From: Scyliorhinus canicula
Lineage: Eukaryota
Direction: 5' to 3'
DNA: 64,000 nt
Assembly (NCBI RefSeq): GCF_902713615.1
Contig: NC_052149.1
Coordinates: forward strand, 222,125,623-222,189,622
Shown here: positions 1 to 12,129 of the stretch, piece after piece
Position numbering within the stretch: position 1 is the stretch's first letter
Layout: each line of letters begins with the position of its first letter
Notes under the pieces: generated by a model
The model's input: only the letters and a program-made list of their open reading frames with translations
The model's database searches: none
Told to the model about the DNA's origin: nothing
Program-made: the position numbers and the translations under genes

Positions 1-1089
1 GTGAGTTGGAATAAAATAAATAATATCAAAATTAACCAACTAATAGCACAAACACAATTGAAAGCGGTGGAAAGGGCCCAAATCTGTTAGAGACGATTGA
101 TTATTTATTTATGTTGTGCACAATTCCACCTCAGTTGTTTGCATTTTTTGACAAACGGCCGGTCTGGAAGCCTGAATGATGTTTAGCAGAGTGGCCACTA
201 GAGGGGACTTGAGGGATGTTGCTGAATCAGAAAAACTGATTGTCTGCTTAAAAGGGCTGGATTTTCAATTGTCAGTGGGCCCTGGAATGGGTGCAAGCGC
301 AATTTAAAAATCGTGTTCCCAGGCAGCTCTGACACCTCTGGGATGTGCCATGATTTTCAGAGCGAAAGCGGTGGGTGGGGGACGAGAGACCCTCGCACCC
401 CCAGTTACTCACCCATTAAGCTCCCTGAGGAGATTATCAATGTGCCCGGGAGGTCAATAAAGACATTTTAAACGTGGATCCAAACAATCTGATGCACATT
501 GACGGTGAGAAGTGTACGTTTTCTATATGCAGTGAAAAATGACGTACTCCTGGAGGATCCTGCACCGAATTGTGGGTATTACCTCTCATGTGGCTGCGTG
601 GCCACTTTTGTGAGCGTTTATGCAGCTTGCCCAGCAGCACCAGGCCTCACCATGGCTTCCGTCTGCCTTTGCCACTTGCACACGTCATGCAGCTCCCGCT
701 TCTTGGAGGCACTCAGCGTCATTAAATGGGCCTAAAAATTTAGGGATTTGCGTTCCAGAATGGTGCTGCCGGAGCGACACAGTGGTGGCACAGAGACGGA
801 ATCTGGAAATTATCTGGGTACCAGGTTCCCCATTTCAATTTGTAAACCTCACCCAAGCTGTCAGACAAAAGACTGATTTGAGTCCTCACCCACAATTAAT
901 AAAATTGTAGTTTTCCAGCAGAAATGTTCAGATCCTGGTCAGGAACAAGAGCCCAGCTGACTTATTCTCATCAGAGGCTAGGATGCCGATTCCAATTGGA
1001 GCTGAAATCAATTGACTCACAGATGCTTCTACATTTGACTCTTCCCATCTATACGGCCCAGTGACTTGATGCTGCATCAGGAACCTTGA

Positions 1090-1282
1090 ACATAGAACAT
1101 AGAACATAGAACAGTACAGCACAGAACAGGCCCTTCGGCCCTCAATGTTGTGCCGAGCCATGATCACCCTACTCAAACCCACGTATCCATCCTATACCCA
1201 ACAACCCTCCCCCCCCCTTAACCTTACTTTTTAGGACACTACGGGCAATTTAGCATGGCCAATCCACCTAACCCGCACATCT
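1090..1282 (-). mobile_element. HE1-type V-SINE, 5'-truncated, CR1 tail
   Basis: Near-identical to 20405-20600; (TTCTATG)n tail. Confidence 0.85.
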
Positions 1283-1879
1283 TGACAAACTGGACCTTCT
1301 ATTCAAATTTTTCTTTGAACCTGACTGAAATTTTCTCATTTTTTTTACTTTGGCTGATCTTGATTCCATGCCATCTTCAAAAGGCACAGTATGCAATGCA
1401 GCCTATTTAAGAGTTAGAGCAGGCTCATTTCAGATAAGAAGTAGTCAGCACGTGGTTTCATGATAAAAAGAAAGTAAGAAGGGAAAGGGCAGGAGAATGG
1501 GACTAAGTAGATATCTGTCAGAGAGCTGGAACAGCACCAATGGGCCGAATTGCCTCCACTGCTATGTGAGTCTAACTGTCTCAGCATTTCCTGTAGGCCA
1601 TTGGCAACGTTTACTACAGTGCCTCTGGGCTCGTAGCGGGTAGGTTTTGAGTAACCTCTCGCTCATCATTGAATCACACACTGGTTATTTTTATCCACCA
1701 TTTGCTTTCTATTTCCCAGTTGATCTACCAATCATTTACAGGCATTCACACCACTTACACCAAACACTTCAAAAGTTCTTCATTGGCTGTGAAGTGCTTT
1801 GAGACACCCTGATATCTTGAAAGGTGCAATGTAAATGCAGTTTTTTTTCTTTTTCCATCATGTTTGATGTTATTAGGCA

Positions 1880-2095
1880 GTATAAATCAAGGCCTATGTT
1901 CCACTGGAGTACTGAAAGAGTGCTGCACTATCATCTTTCAGGTGAGGTACTAAGCCACAGGCCAAGTACCACCATCAAGGTGGACGTAAAAGGTCACTTG
2001 GCACATTTTGAAGACAAGCAGGGGAGTTATCTTTCGTGTCCAGCCCAACAATCACCCTTCACCATTGCTTACATAGATTATCTGGTCAATTTGTT
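1880..2095 (+). mobile_element. Deu-domain SINE (SacSINE1-like); remainder at about 2442-2460, 2835-2933 and 3665-3685
   Basis: GTGGACGTAAAAGGTCAC.TGGCAC...GCAGGGGAGTT...GATTATCTGGTCA. Confidence 0.65.
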
Positions 2096-2104
2096 TTATT
2101 CATT

Positions 2105-2440
2105 CAGTGGGCGTTGACATCGCTGGCTGGGCCAGCATTTATTGGGCATCCCTAATTGCCCTTGAGGGGCAGTTAAGAGTCACCACATTGCCAGAGTCTG
2201 GAGTCGCATGGAGGCCAGAGCAGGTAAGGATGGCAGATTTCCTTCCCTAAAGGATGTCAGTGAACCAGATGGGTTTTTACGGCAATCAACAATGCTTTCG
2301 TGGTGATCTTTTAATTCCAGATTTTTGTTGAATTCAAATTTCACCACCTGCAGTGGCGGGATTTGAACCCAGGTCCCCAGAGCATTATCCTGGCTTTCTG
2401 TTTTACTAGTCTAGTGATAATACCACGCCACCATCTCCCC
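2105..2440 (-). mobile_element. tRNA-derived SINE built from the head and tail of the 41757-44400 LINE family
   Basis: Head matches about 41757-42045; joined directly to the GGGCAATTAGGATG...GCTGGCCCAGCCAGCGA tail. Confidence 0.8.
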
Positions 2441-2464
2441 TTTATCTCATTGTGGGAGTTTTTA

Positions 2465-2820
2465 AAAATTCATTCATGGGATGTGGACTCCACTGGCTAG
2501 ACCATCCCCAATTACCGTTGAGAAGGTGGTGGGGAGCTTCCTTCTTAAACCGCTGCAGTCCATGTGGTGTAGGTACACCCACAGCGCTGCTGTTAGGGAT
2601 GGAGTTCTAAGATATTGTAAGTGAAGGAGCGCCAATATTTTCCAAGTTAGGACGGTGAGTAACTTGGAGGGAAATTGCAAATGGAAGGGTTTCCAGGTAT
2701 CTGCTGCCTTTGTCCTTCGAAATGGTAGCAATCATGGGCTTGGAATGTGCTGCCCAAGGAGACTTGGGGAGTTCCTGCAGTGTATTTTGTAGATGGTACA
2801 CATGGATGCCACTGTCCATT
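2465..2820 (-). mobile_element. CR1/L2-group LINE 3' fragment
   Basis: Reverse complement is homologous to 43700-44390. Confidence 0.75.
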
Positions 2821-2933
2821 GAGTGAGTAAATATTTGCTATTGGCACTTCTTTCATTACAACCATGGCAATACTCAAAATTATTTTGTTGACAGTAAAGT
2901 ACATTGGGACGTCCTATGGTAAGGAAAGACATT

Positions 2934-3664
2934 GGGCGCGATTCTCCCAAAACGGGAGAAATCGTAAAGCTGCCGTAAAACCCGGGCGGGTTTTATGGCA
3001 GCGCGCCCCTTCCCGACCGGGGACCGATTCTGGTCCCCGGTCGGGGCTAGCAGCCCGACGCCGTAGGCTCCGGCAAGACGGGCTTAACGAAAATCGTTTA
3101 AGCCCGCTTGCCGGAGTTAGCGCCGGCTGACGCGTCATATGACGTCAGCCGCGCATGCGCAGTTTGGAAAACTCCAACCCGCGCATGCGCGGGTGACGTC
3201 ATCGCGTTTTTGCGCGAAACCCGCGCATGCACGGGCCGGGTTGCCCCTCAGCCGCCCCGCGAATGGATACTGCGGGGCGGCGGAAGGACAAGTAGTGCGC
3301 GGGCATCGGGCCCGCTGCCCGCGATCGGTGCCCACCGATCGCGGGCCCATGGCACCCTTGGCACGGCCGTGGTACGGCCGTGCCAATCGGTGCCATGGTT
3401 ATTAATAGCGAGTTTGTGACGCCGTTTTTACGAACGGCAAGACCAGGTGTGTTTGCCGTTCGTAAAAACGGCGGAAAGGGCTGGAACTTCGGCCCATCTA
3501 ACAGCTGAGAATCGCTGCCGGCCGTAAAAAAACGGCGGCAGCGATTCGGGTCGGGACTTCGGCGGGGGGGGGGGGGGGGGGGGAATAGCGGGAGGGCGGC
3601 AAAAATGTCGGGAAGGCCCTCCCGCTATTCTCCCACCCGTCGTGGGGGGCGGAGAATTTCGCCC
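2934..3664. mobile_element. GC-rich Harbinger-like MITE
   Basis: TIRs GGGCGCGATTCTCC / GGAGAATTTCGCCC; 3-bp near-TSD ATT/ACT; CpG-rich with internal palindromes. Confidence 0.75.
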
Positions 3665-4080
3665 ACTATATAAATGTAAGCTGTTTATTATTTTCATATG
3701 TTATCCTGGATGGTAAGAGTAATAGAACTACACAATCAGAAGTGGAAGACCCACAGCCTAAACTGTCCTTATCCATTATCTACATTTCCAAAAATGTCTT
3801 AGACTGTAGAATTCCAATGTTAGCTGATTTTTAAGCCCCTAACCCAGAGACATGAAAGCTAATTACAATGTGTCCTTGGTGTCACATTGGCTCATGCAGC
3901 ATACCTGGAGGACAAACGTAAGGTGTTTATGACACATTACTACAATACGTCAGGTCAAAATAAATGAAGATGCACGTCTAGACCCTGTGAAAGTCCAGAC
4001 ACATGGGCCTCTGTGAGAATTCCTGGAAAGTTACAAAGAAAATGGATAATTTCACTGTTTCCCGGCACCCTCCACAAATA

Positions 4081-4316
4081 TCTCTTTTTTTTGTTTTATA
4101 AATTTAAGAGTACCCAATTCATTTTTTTCAATTAGCGGGCAATTTAGGATGGCCAATCCACCTACCCTGCACATTTTTGGGTTGTGGGAGTGAGACCCTG
4201 GCAGACACGGGGAAAATGTGCAAACTCCATACGGACAGTGACCCAAAGCCGTGATCGAACCTGGGACCTTGGCGCAGTGAGGCAGCAATGCTAACCACTG
4301 TGCCACCGTGCTGCCC
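4081..4316 (-). mobile_element. Short V-SINE, AT-rich tail
   Basis: tRNA head and GTGTGGAGTTTGCAC V-domain; TSD CTCCACAAATA. Confidence 0.9.
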
Positions 4317-4479
4317 TCTCCACAAATACCTTGACTTGGAGATATTCGGAGATTCCGTACAGTTCTGTGGCACTTACCTGGGTAGTTAACCAGCAAATGT
4401 TAGGCACATTAAAACCTGGTCTAACAGCTAGCTAACTACACAACGAGCTTCCATTCAGCCCCCTATTCCCCTCAACTAC

Positions 4480-4840
4480 ACCCAAACCAACCGACTACCC
4501 CCCTTGACTACCTCCCAACGCTGACTACCTTCCTCGATCCAACTGCCTTCCAGACCAGACCCAATTAACCCTTGATCTGTCTACAATCCCAACCAGACCA
4601 AACCACCCACCAACCCAACCCAACCTCAATTTCTGCTTAAGTCTGGCACCTTAGACCACTCAGCCATCCTGACAACTTACCTACCCAGACACCTTACCCA
4701 CCTCACCAACTTACACACTGACCCACACACTCACCTACCTGCCCACCATCCTCTTACCCACATACACACCCATGAACCCATCCTACCCATTCACTCACTT
4801 ACCCATTAATCCATTCATCCATTCACTCATCCACTCACTA
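4480..4840 (+). repeat. C/A-rich low-complexity tract
   Basis: G-depleted, with degenerate ACCC/CCAT/CACT units. Confidence 0.7.
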
Positions 4841-4919
4841 AAATTAGACTGGACATTTTAATTTACCATACAGCAGCTAGTGCAGTAAAAGGGGGCATGA
4901 CCTGTTATGACCCGACGAC

Positions 4920-5270
4920 TTTGCGGATGACGCAAAGTTTGGCGGAGTTGCTGATAGTGCCGAGGATTGTCAGAGGATACAACAAGATTTAGATAGATTG
5001 GAGACTTGGGCACAGAAATGGCAGATGAAGTTCAATCCGGACAAATGCGAGGTGATGCATTTTGGAGGATCAGATCTCGGTTTGAATTATATTGTAAATG
5101 GCAGAACCCTGAGGAACATTAACTTATAGAGGGATCTGGGCATACAGGTCCACAGTTCCCTAAATGTGGCAACACAGGTGGCCAAGGTAATTAAGAAGGC
5201 ATATGGCATGCTTGCCTTCATCAGCCGAGGCATTTAGTACAGGAGTTAGGAAATCATGTTGCAGCTGTAC
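4920..5270 (+). mobile_element. CR1-type LINE RT fragment
   Basis: FADDAKFGG...IQQDLDRLETWAQKWQMKFNPDKCEVMHFG. Confidence 0.9.
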
Positions 5271-5499
5271 TACACTTTTCTTTGTTCTACTCCACACTGA
5301 GATTGTTCCCCAAATTAAGATGCACTCTGCATTTCTTTGGCAACCAGGCTTGGAAGATTGCACAGCAGCCTTGAGTTAGGAGAAATTCTGAGCGCAGCAG
5401 CAACCTATCTGTCATTACCTTGCTCCGAGGATTTGGGCCATTTATCATCGTTGACTGTACCTTGATATGAGGACAACGTCTGCCCAGAGTCACGAGCTT

Positions 5500-5975
5500 C
5501 TGCCAGAGGTCTTTGTGTGAGCGAGTAGACCTATTTTCCACCTGTTGACCTTTGAGTACATGGGGCAGGACCCCACAGGGTAATACAGGATTTGCTTCTT
5601 TTCCTTCTCTGCCATCACTCTGTCTCACCATTGGTGCATTGGGACCCAAAACAAGATGAAGATTGATGCCCAATTTGTTGCACTTTGCACAATTTGTGAG
5701 CAAGCTCTCCCACTTGTGGAGAGCTTCAGAGTGACTCTGAAGTGTTTTCTTTTGTCTTTCAGACATTTGAGTGTTGACAGAGGATCTGAACGGGGTGATG
5801 AATTTTGGCCCTGAGGACATAGTGGGCAGTCAATGGAACTCAATTTTGCAGGAGTTGTGCCTGAATGTTTGTGGAGCAGGCTTCAAGAAGGGCACAAGTA
5901 TTTGTTCGATGGTCCTTCTATTGAATCCGAAGGATGAGGCCGAGGCATTGCTGATGGAGATGGACCTTGGCCTGC
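5500..5975 (-). mobile_element. RTE/BovB-type LINE 3' remnant
   Basis: Frameshifted HQQCLGLILRIQ*KDHRTN...IQAQLLQ...KRKHFRVTLK...CPMYSKVNRWKIGLLAHTKT, resembling RTE C-termini. Confidence 0.6.
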
Positions 5976-6164
5976 GCCTGACTTTGTTTAGCATGGGGAC
6001 CTTGTTGTTTAACATGGGGACCTTGGACCACCGTCATTGTCCACACAGTTTTGACAGTTTTCAGTAACATGCCAAACTCTGATGATATGAACCATCTTGC
6101 CGTCTTCTGCCTTTGCGGTTGACGAGGCACAGGAGCCACCATGGATGCCGCTACCAAAAAGAAG

Positions 6165-6482
6165 ATTTTATTTTGGTTTGATTTATTGTCACATGTACCG
6201 AAGTACAGTGAAAAGTATTTTTCTGCGGCCGAGGGAACGTACACAGTACGTACATAGTAGACAAAGAAATAATCAACAGAGTACATTGACAAATGGTACA
6301 TCGACAAACAGTGTTTGGTTACAGTATGGAACAAGGGCCAAACAAAGCAAATATATTAGCAAGAGCAGCATAGGGCGTTGTGAATAGTGTTCTTATAGGG
6401 AACAGATCAGTCCAAGGGGGAATCGTTGAGGAGTCTTATAGATGTGGGGAAGAAGCTGTTCCTATGTCTGAATGTGCGGGTC
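6165..6482 (-). mobile_element. Rex1/Babar LINE 3' end
   Basis: Same 3' UTR as 45710-46070, ending CTTTTCACTGTACTTCGGTACATGTGACAATAAA. Confidence 0.75.
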
Positions 6483-6699
6483 ATCATCGGAATGCTCAAG
6501 CCTTGATCTCGACCACCTGCAGAGAACAGGGGACAACCTCCAAAAATCCCTCAGTACTGTACTTTAATTTTGTGCTCAGGTCCCAGAGGAACTTGAACCC
6601 ACGACCTTCTGACACAGAGGTGAGAGTGCTACCAACTGAGCCACAGCCGGTAGAATACACAGTGCAAATGCCTGTCGAGCCACTGATGCAAAACTACTT

Positions 6700-6995
6700 T
6701 GTGGTGAATGTAACTTAGTAATTCACACTGTATTTACCAATACCATTGTAAGCGCAGTAGCGTTATCCGACCACTAGGGGGAGTAGCTTTGGGAATGCTC
6801 AGGAGTTTGTACAGGGCTCCACCCTTGGCTCCGCCCATGACTCCTCCCCCTGGACTGCTGTATAAATACCCTTGTCCAGAGCCAGCCTGCAGTTCATCGA
6901 GAGTTCAACGGGTAACAGGCTGGCTCTGTAGTAAGTCGATTAAAACCACTGTTCATATCTTAAAGCACGTGTCTAGTGAATTGATGGTTCCATCA
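6700..6995 (+). mobile_element. Gypsy solo LTR
   Basis: TG...CA termini; 5-bp TSD TACTT (6695-6699 / 6996-7000); TATAAAT and ATTAAA inside; highly similar to the reverse complement of the LTR at 22492-22796. Confidence 0.92.
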
Positions 6996-8314
6996 TACTT
7001 TTCTTAATTCCTACAGCACTGTTGTAAAAAAAGGACATAATAAGCCTTCTAAAGGGAATTGGATCAATACTTGAAGGATAAAAAATTGTAAACTTTTGGG
7101 ACAAGAGTGGGGCTAACTGGTGGCCTTTTGAAAGGACTAGCATAGACATGATGGGCTGAATGGCCTCTTTCAGTGATAGATTTTATGATTCTCTAATGCA
7201 TTGTTTTTTTAAAAGACATAATGCTATTAATATCCACAAAGAGTTGAGATGCATGAAAGACACTGTGAGAAAGAAACTTTCATCTCTTCAGAGCGGTTTG
7301 GATCTGAGCCCAGGTCCTAGAGGTGAATGAACAATATTCGAACATATTGTACTTCCCAGTCCCACATCAGAGAGCAAGGCGCCCTCTATTCCATCTGGGC
7401 TGTTTTTGACCTCAGTTCCCAGATGGAGAGGGACAGTGTTCCAAAAAAAAACTGTCAAACCGTTCTGCAGCAAACATCTGGCTGCAATCTTTGTGTGTGA
7501 TAGGCCAGCAGTGAGATAGACAAAGAGGAACAGTAGAGGCCATACAATATTCAGTAACATAAGCTCTGAGGCAGCTACAAATATCGCATGTATAAATCGA
7601 ATTTGGTGAATAATGATCAAAAAAGCTTTGGACTTTTTGATTCAGAATCAAATCTGGTTTTATCCCAAAAATCTAGTGAGTTGCAGAATGCTGTGATGGA
7701 ACCATATGTTGCTGTAATTCTGCTTTACAGCATTCAGCAATAGAATCTTCCAGAATGTCCCATTTTTGCAGATGTTCCACACAAACTGTGCGTGTGTTGA
7801 AATCATCAAAGGACACACAGTATTTAAAGGATTAATCATTGTATCATGATATTTGCCCTCCAGGGAATAATAGTGTGTTAACAGTTTGTGAAATATTTCC
7901 TAAAACACAACACAAATTATGGTTTCAGTAGTTCAGCAAATTAAACTTCAGAAGCATTCCATCAGAGCAGAAGGGTACAATTACACAGATGAACCTGGGA
8001 AATTTTAAATCTTTGTGCCTGCACTAAAGATATCAGCAATTAAACATTCCTTCCCATGAGCCAATCCGATGGTCTTCCGAGTAGCCAAGTCGCGTAGATC
8101 CGAAAGGTCCTAGATTTGATCGCAAGGGTCTGATCCTACCCAGAGTATTACCAGAGGGTGTTCCAATTGGTTACTTGATGTTAAGAGCAGTATATGCACC
8201 AGTTGTGTCCTCTTTGGGCATCTGAGGTTTAGTTAACAGGCAGGTTTACCAACTAAACCATCACTAAAAGCACCGGTCTCTCATATTTTAAAATGGACTA
8301 TTTAGGGAACGCTC

Positions 8315-8540
8315 ATAGAAACCCTACAGTGCACAAGGAGGCCATTCGGCCCATTGAGTCTGCACCCGCCCTCCAAAGGAGCACCCTATCTAAGCCCACT
8401 TCCCCGCTCTATCCCCGTAACCCAACCTAACCTGCACATCTTTGGACTGTGGGACTCCTGGAGAAACCCCACGCAGATACAGGGAGAAAGTGCAAACTCC
8501 ACACAGTCACCCAAGGCCGGACTTGAATCTGGGTCCCTGG
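8315..8540 (-). mobile_element. HE1-type V-SINE, CR1 tail
   Basis: V-domain and ATGGGCCGAATGGCCTCC tail. Confidence 0.85.
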
Positions 8541-9729
8541 TCCACAAGGAATTTGGAAAATTTTAATTCAACTGATCCCCAAAAGAAGGCCTGGATGTTT
8601 GCCATAGGTGTAAAGAGCGCAGAATTCCACAAGAATTGGTAACGGGAATTATGCCCGCAAGAGTCCCTGGAGTAATAGTCCCCACCGCCCCCACCAGTGA
8701 CAAAATGGTTTCCCGCCTTGAAAGGTCGGGAACCCCATTATCATATATTTAAATTTCGTTAGCAAGTATGCCCCCCCCCCCATGTTGTAAATGCTCCTCC
8801 CCCACCCGGCACGTGACGTCAAGTTGGCGCAGTTTAAACAGGTTTGTAAAAATGGGAACTGGCGAACAGAATCCCAACATGGGCACACAGGTGTGTACAG
8901 CAACCAGGGGAGAAGGTCATTCTCAGGCACTGCCCCTGGCATTGCCCGGACACTACCGTTATGGGGAGGGCAGGGGGTTGGGGGGAGGGGTTCCATGGGA
9001 TGGGGGGCTGGTTCCATCATTCTATGTTTATCTTCCTGACTCCAATCTGTCAAGAGCCAAGGTTACTGGCAGGACGGGCACATTGAGAGCTCACTCCGCC
9101 AGCATGTCTTTGGGGGACCCACCTCCTTGATTGTTTTGCCTAAATGTCAAAATATATGGTGGGGGAAAACTGGCAGTGCAGCGGATAGGCTACACCCCAC
9201 TTTCCCTGCCTGAGTTACACTTCGTCAAAAAATTGGAAAATTCCGCCTGTAAAATTAAAACGTTACTATCAGTAATGGTGACCATGTAATAAAAGCATAA
9301 AATGCTAGCAGTGAGGGGGATCATAATCGGGCATTACCCCCACGAACTTGATCAGTGCCCATGGCAAAGCTGTGGGCCCTCTGGCCGGCTCAGTTGTGGG
9401 GGTTCACCTTATCCATTGGCCATCAGGGACGGTTCCCCATGCCTGTGGGTGAGGCCTCAATGTCTGTGGGGGGGATTCCCGTGTCCGTGGGGGGGGCGGG
9501 TCTGTGAGACGGTGCCTTTTACTTCAATCAAAGATTGGGGTACCCTTTTTTAAAAAGTGCTCCCATCTCAAATTCCCTTTTGGCCCTGCCCATCCAGCTG
9601 GCTTTGTGAATATTGCTTCAGCTTTGAAACTTCACAGAGTGCTGTTCAGTACAGGGAGAAAAGCCAGCAGTGCAGCCTCCAAACTTCACGCCTGAGGCAG
9701 CACCCATTTCATTTTTGGGAAGATTCCGA

Positions 9730-10360
9730 CCAATGCTTCAGGCCCATGATGACCCTCCATCAGAACTGAGCAAAGACAGAAATGCAATAGGTTTAGAACA
9801 AGCGAAAGGAACAGGGAAAGGAAGAACAAAAGGAAAGGTCTGGTTTGGGTCGAGGACAGGATTGAATGACAAAAGGTTTTGTGGTAATGGTAAAGTGAAT
9901 AAACAAAATATGTGTCTAGCTGGGGTAAGAATGGTTGGACAGCAGCTTTCCAAAAGAAAAGTGAACAAATAAACAAAATGGATGCAAAGTTTATGATCTA
10001 AAAATTTTCAACACAATATTGAGTGCAGAAGGCTGTAGAGTACCGAGTTGAAAGATGACTTCGAACTTGCATCGAGCTTCATTGGAACACTGTAGCAGGC
10101 CGAGGGCAGAAAGGTCAGAGTGGGAGTAAAGTGGAGAATTTTGAAATTACAAGTGACATGAAGCTCAGGTTCGTACTTGCAGATTGAATGGAGATGTTCT
10201 CCTCCGATCACCCAGTCTGTGTTTGGTCTCCCCACTGGAGAAAAAGGCCACAATGTGAGCAGTGAATACAATGTACGAAACTGGGTGAAGTACAACTAAG
10301 TTGCTGTTTCATTTGGAAGGAGTGTTTGGGGCCTTGGATGGTGAGAAGTGAGGAGGTAAG
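9730..10360 (-). mobile_element. Degenerate Penelope-like 3' fragment (GIY-YIG remnant, 3' UTR and decayed hammerhead)
   Basis: Frameshifted ...TIQGPKHSFQMKQQLSCTSPSFVHCIHCSHCGLF...EHLHSICK.EPELHVTCNF; CTGATGGA-GGGTC..GGCCT-GAAGC at about 9735-9767. Confidence 0.7.
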
Positions 10361-10529
10361 TGTTAATTGTTGCAAAAACTTACCGAGTTCACTAATGTCC
10401 TGAAGGGGAAAGGGCCTACCATCCTTACCTGTTCCGGCCTATACATAACTCCAGATCCACAACAATGTGGTTGACTGTTAACTGCCTTCAGAAAGCCATT
10501 CAATTGTATTCAAAAAGGCAGATGACCGT

Positions 10530-10870
10530 CTTTTTCTTCGAGAGTCCCTGGATTCTCCGGATGAAGAAGGATGACCTGCTTCCACATTAAAAATCAAATT
10601 CTCTGGTGGCTGGGGAGTCCTAGGTGGGACCTACAATCTGTCACAGGTGCGGTAGATGGCAGTTGGAGGAATGGGTGGGTGGGGTGCCAATGGGTGGGTG
10701 GGATGCCCAGGTTCCTTTTGCTGTCGGCACTTGGCTTCAACTTACTCTGGCGAGGCGTTCAGCACTTGCTGGGTGCTTTGGGCCCAGGATTCCCAGGTGC
10801 CAGTCAGGTGGCCGGGGGTGGCGGGTGGGGGGGAATGTTGCACTTTTTCCAAAGAGGTGTCACCTTCAAC
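10530..10870 (-). mobile_element. RTE-type LINE 3' remnant
   Basis: LKVTPLWKKCNI-like coding remnant and a GGGACT...GAAGAA tail. Confidence 0.5.
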
Positions 10871-10879
10871 ACCTTTACT

Positions 10880-11100
10880 TTTTTTTTAAATTTAGTGTAC
10901 CCAATCATTTTTCCAATTAAGGGGCAATTTAGTGTGGCCAATCCACCTAGCTTGCACGTTTTTGGGTTGTGGGGGCGAAACCCACGCAGACACGGGGAGA
11001 ATGTGCAAACTCCACACGGACACTGACCCAGAGCCGGGATCGAACCTGGGACCTCAGCGCCGTGAGGCGGTTGTGCTAACCACTAGGCCACCGTGCTGCC
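10880..11100 (-). mobile_element. Short V-SINE
   Basis: TSD CTTCAACACCTTTACT (10864-10879 / 11101-11116). Confidence 0.92.
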
Positions 11101-12129
11101 CTTCAACACCTTTACTGAGACGGAATACCATTATCCTTAACCATGGCAATAGGAAGAGGGCAATTCCAGCGATGACAGGAATGAATTAAGTAAACTGTCT
11201 GGGGTTAAAGTGTATATTTATCATAAAATCTATTTCTGCCACTGGATTTCATAGGCCTGAGTGTTTTTGCCCAAGGGGTGCTCGCTCTCGATTGGCCTGG
11301 AAATGGCGCAAAACACTCTTCCAACCATAATCGGCCCCGGATTCATGCTGACTAGCCAAAATAATGGGCAGCCTGTGTGAAATGTGTGCTGGCAAAGGCT
11401 CACCGATGCTGGGGAAGGGAGGAAGAGGGCAGGTGCTGAGTAAAAGGGAAGATTTGGGCTGACATTTCCAATGTGGTCCCTCAGGGGGACAGCTGCTGTG
11501 GAGATGTCTCAAGGAGCTGCTGACCTGAGAAAAATAAACTGTAATCGAAAGACAATGCATCGACTGTCTGGGCAGTGTATTGAAACACAAACCTCAGTCC
11601 CCAGGCAACTTTTTAAAATTTTATTTCAGCCCTGACATTTCACCCTGTCCTGGATCAAGGTTGCAGCTAAAAGGTAAAGGCCGCCCGCCAACTGTAAAAG
11701 CAGAGGGCCACTTAAAATTGCATTCAAATGGCTCCTTAATGGGCTAAGCTGCCTGCTTGATAGTCAGCGGGCGCGCTCAAAGATCGAAATATCGCATGAG
11801 TGCCCGATGATGCCAGGACGCGCACCCAAAGTCTCTTTGTAAGATTTAATCCGCTTCTAGTTCAGGCACACACCTGCCCAAGCACATAAAATTCTAGCCA
11901 TAATCTATAGAGCAGGATTCTACAGCCTCCCAGCCGCGTGTTTCTTGGCGGCGCGCTCGTGGCGGAAATCTTTGCTCCCGACACTGTCAATGGGAACCCC
12001 ATTGAAGCCGCCCCATGGCACCGGGAAACCCAGCAGGAGGGGCTGCGCTGCCAGCGGGACCAGAGCTTAAACAATCTTCAGAATATCACGTATCAGCAAA
12101 CCTTCTTAACAATTAGCTATAAGAAGCAA

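Noticed and set aside
2864-3697. Overlapping ORFs and CpG-island promoter in GC-rich blocks (also 28.1-29.5, 35.2-35.9, 48.0-48.7 and 60.5-61.2 kb)
   Set aside because: The blocks are TIR-bounded multi-copy MITEs; the ORFs reflect stop-codon scarcity at high GC.
5287-5820. 177-aa ORF as a host gene
   Set aside because: Overlaps a frameshifted RTE LINE remnant.
7288-7620. 110-aa minus-strand ORF with a signal-peptide-like hydrophobic stretch
   Set aside because: No recognisable domain or supported splice structure; expected by chance.
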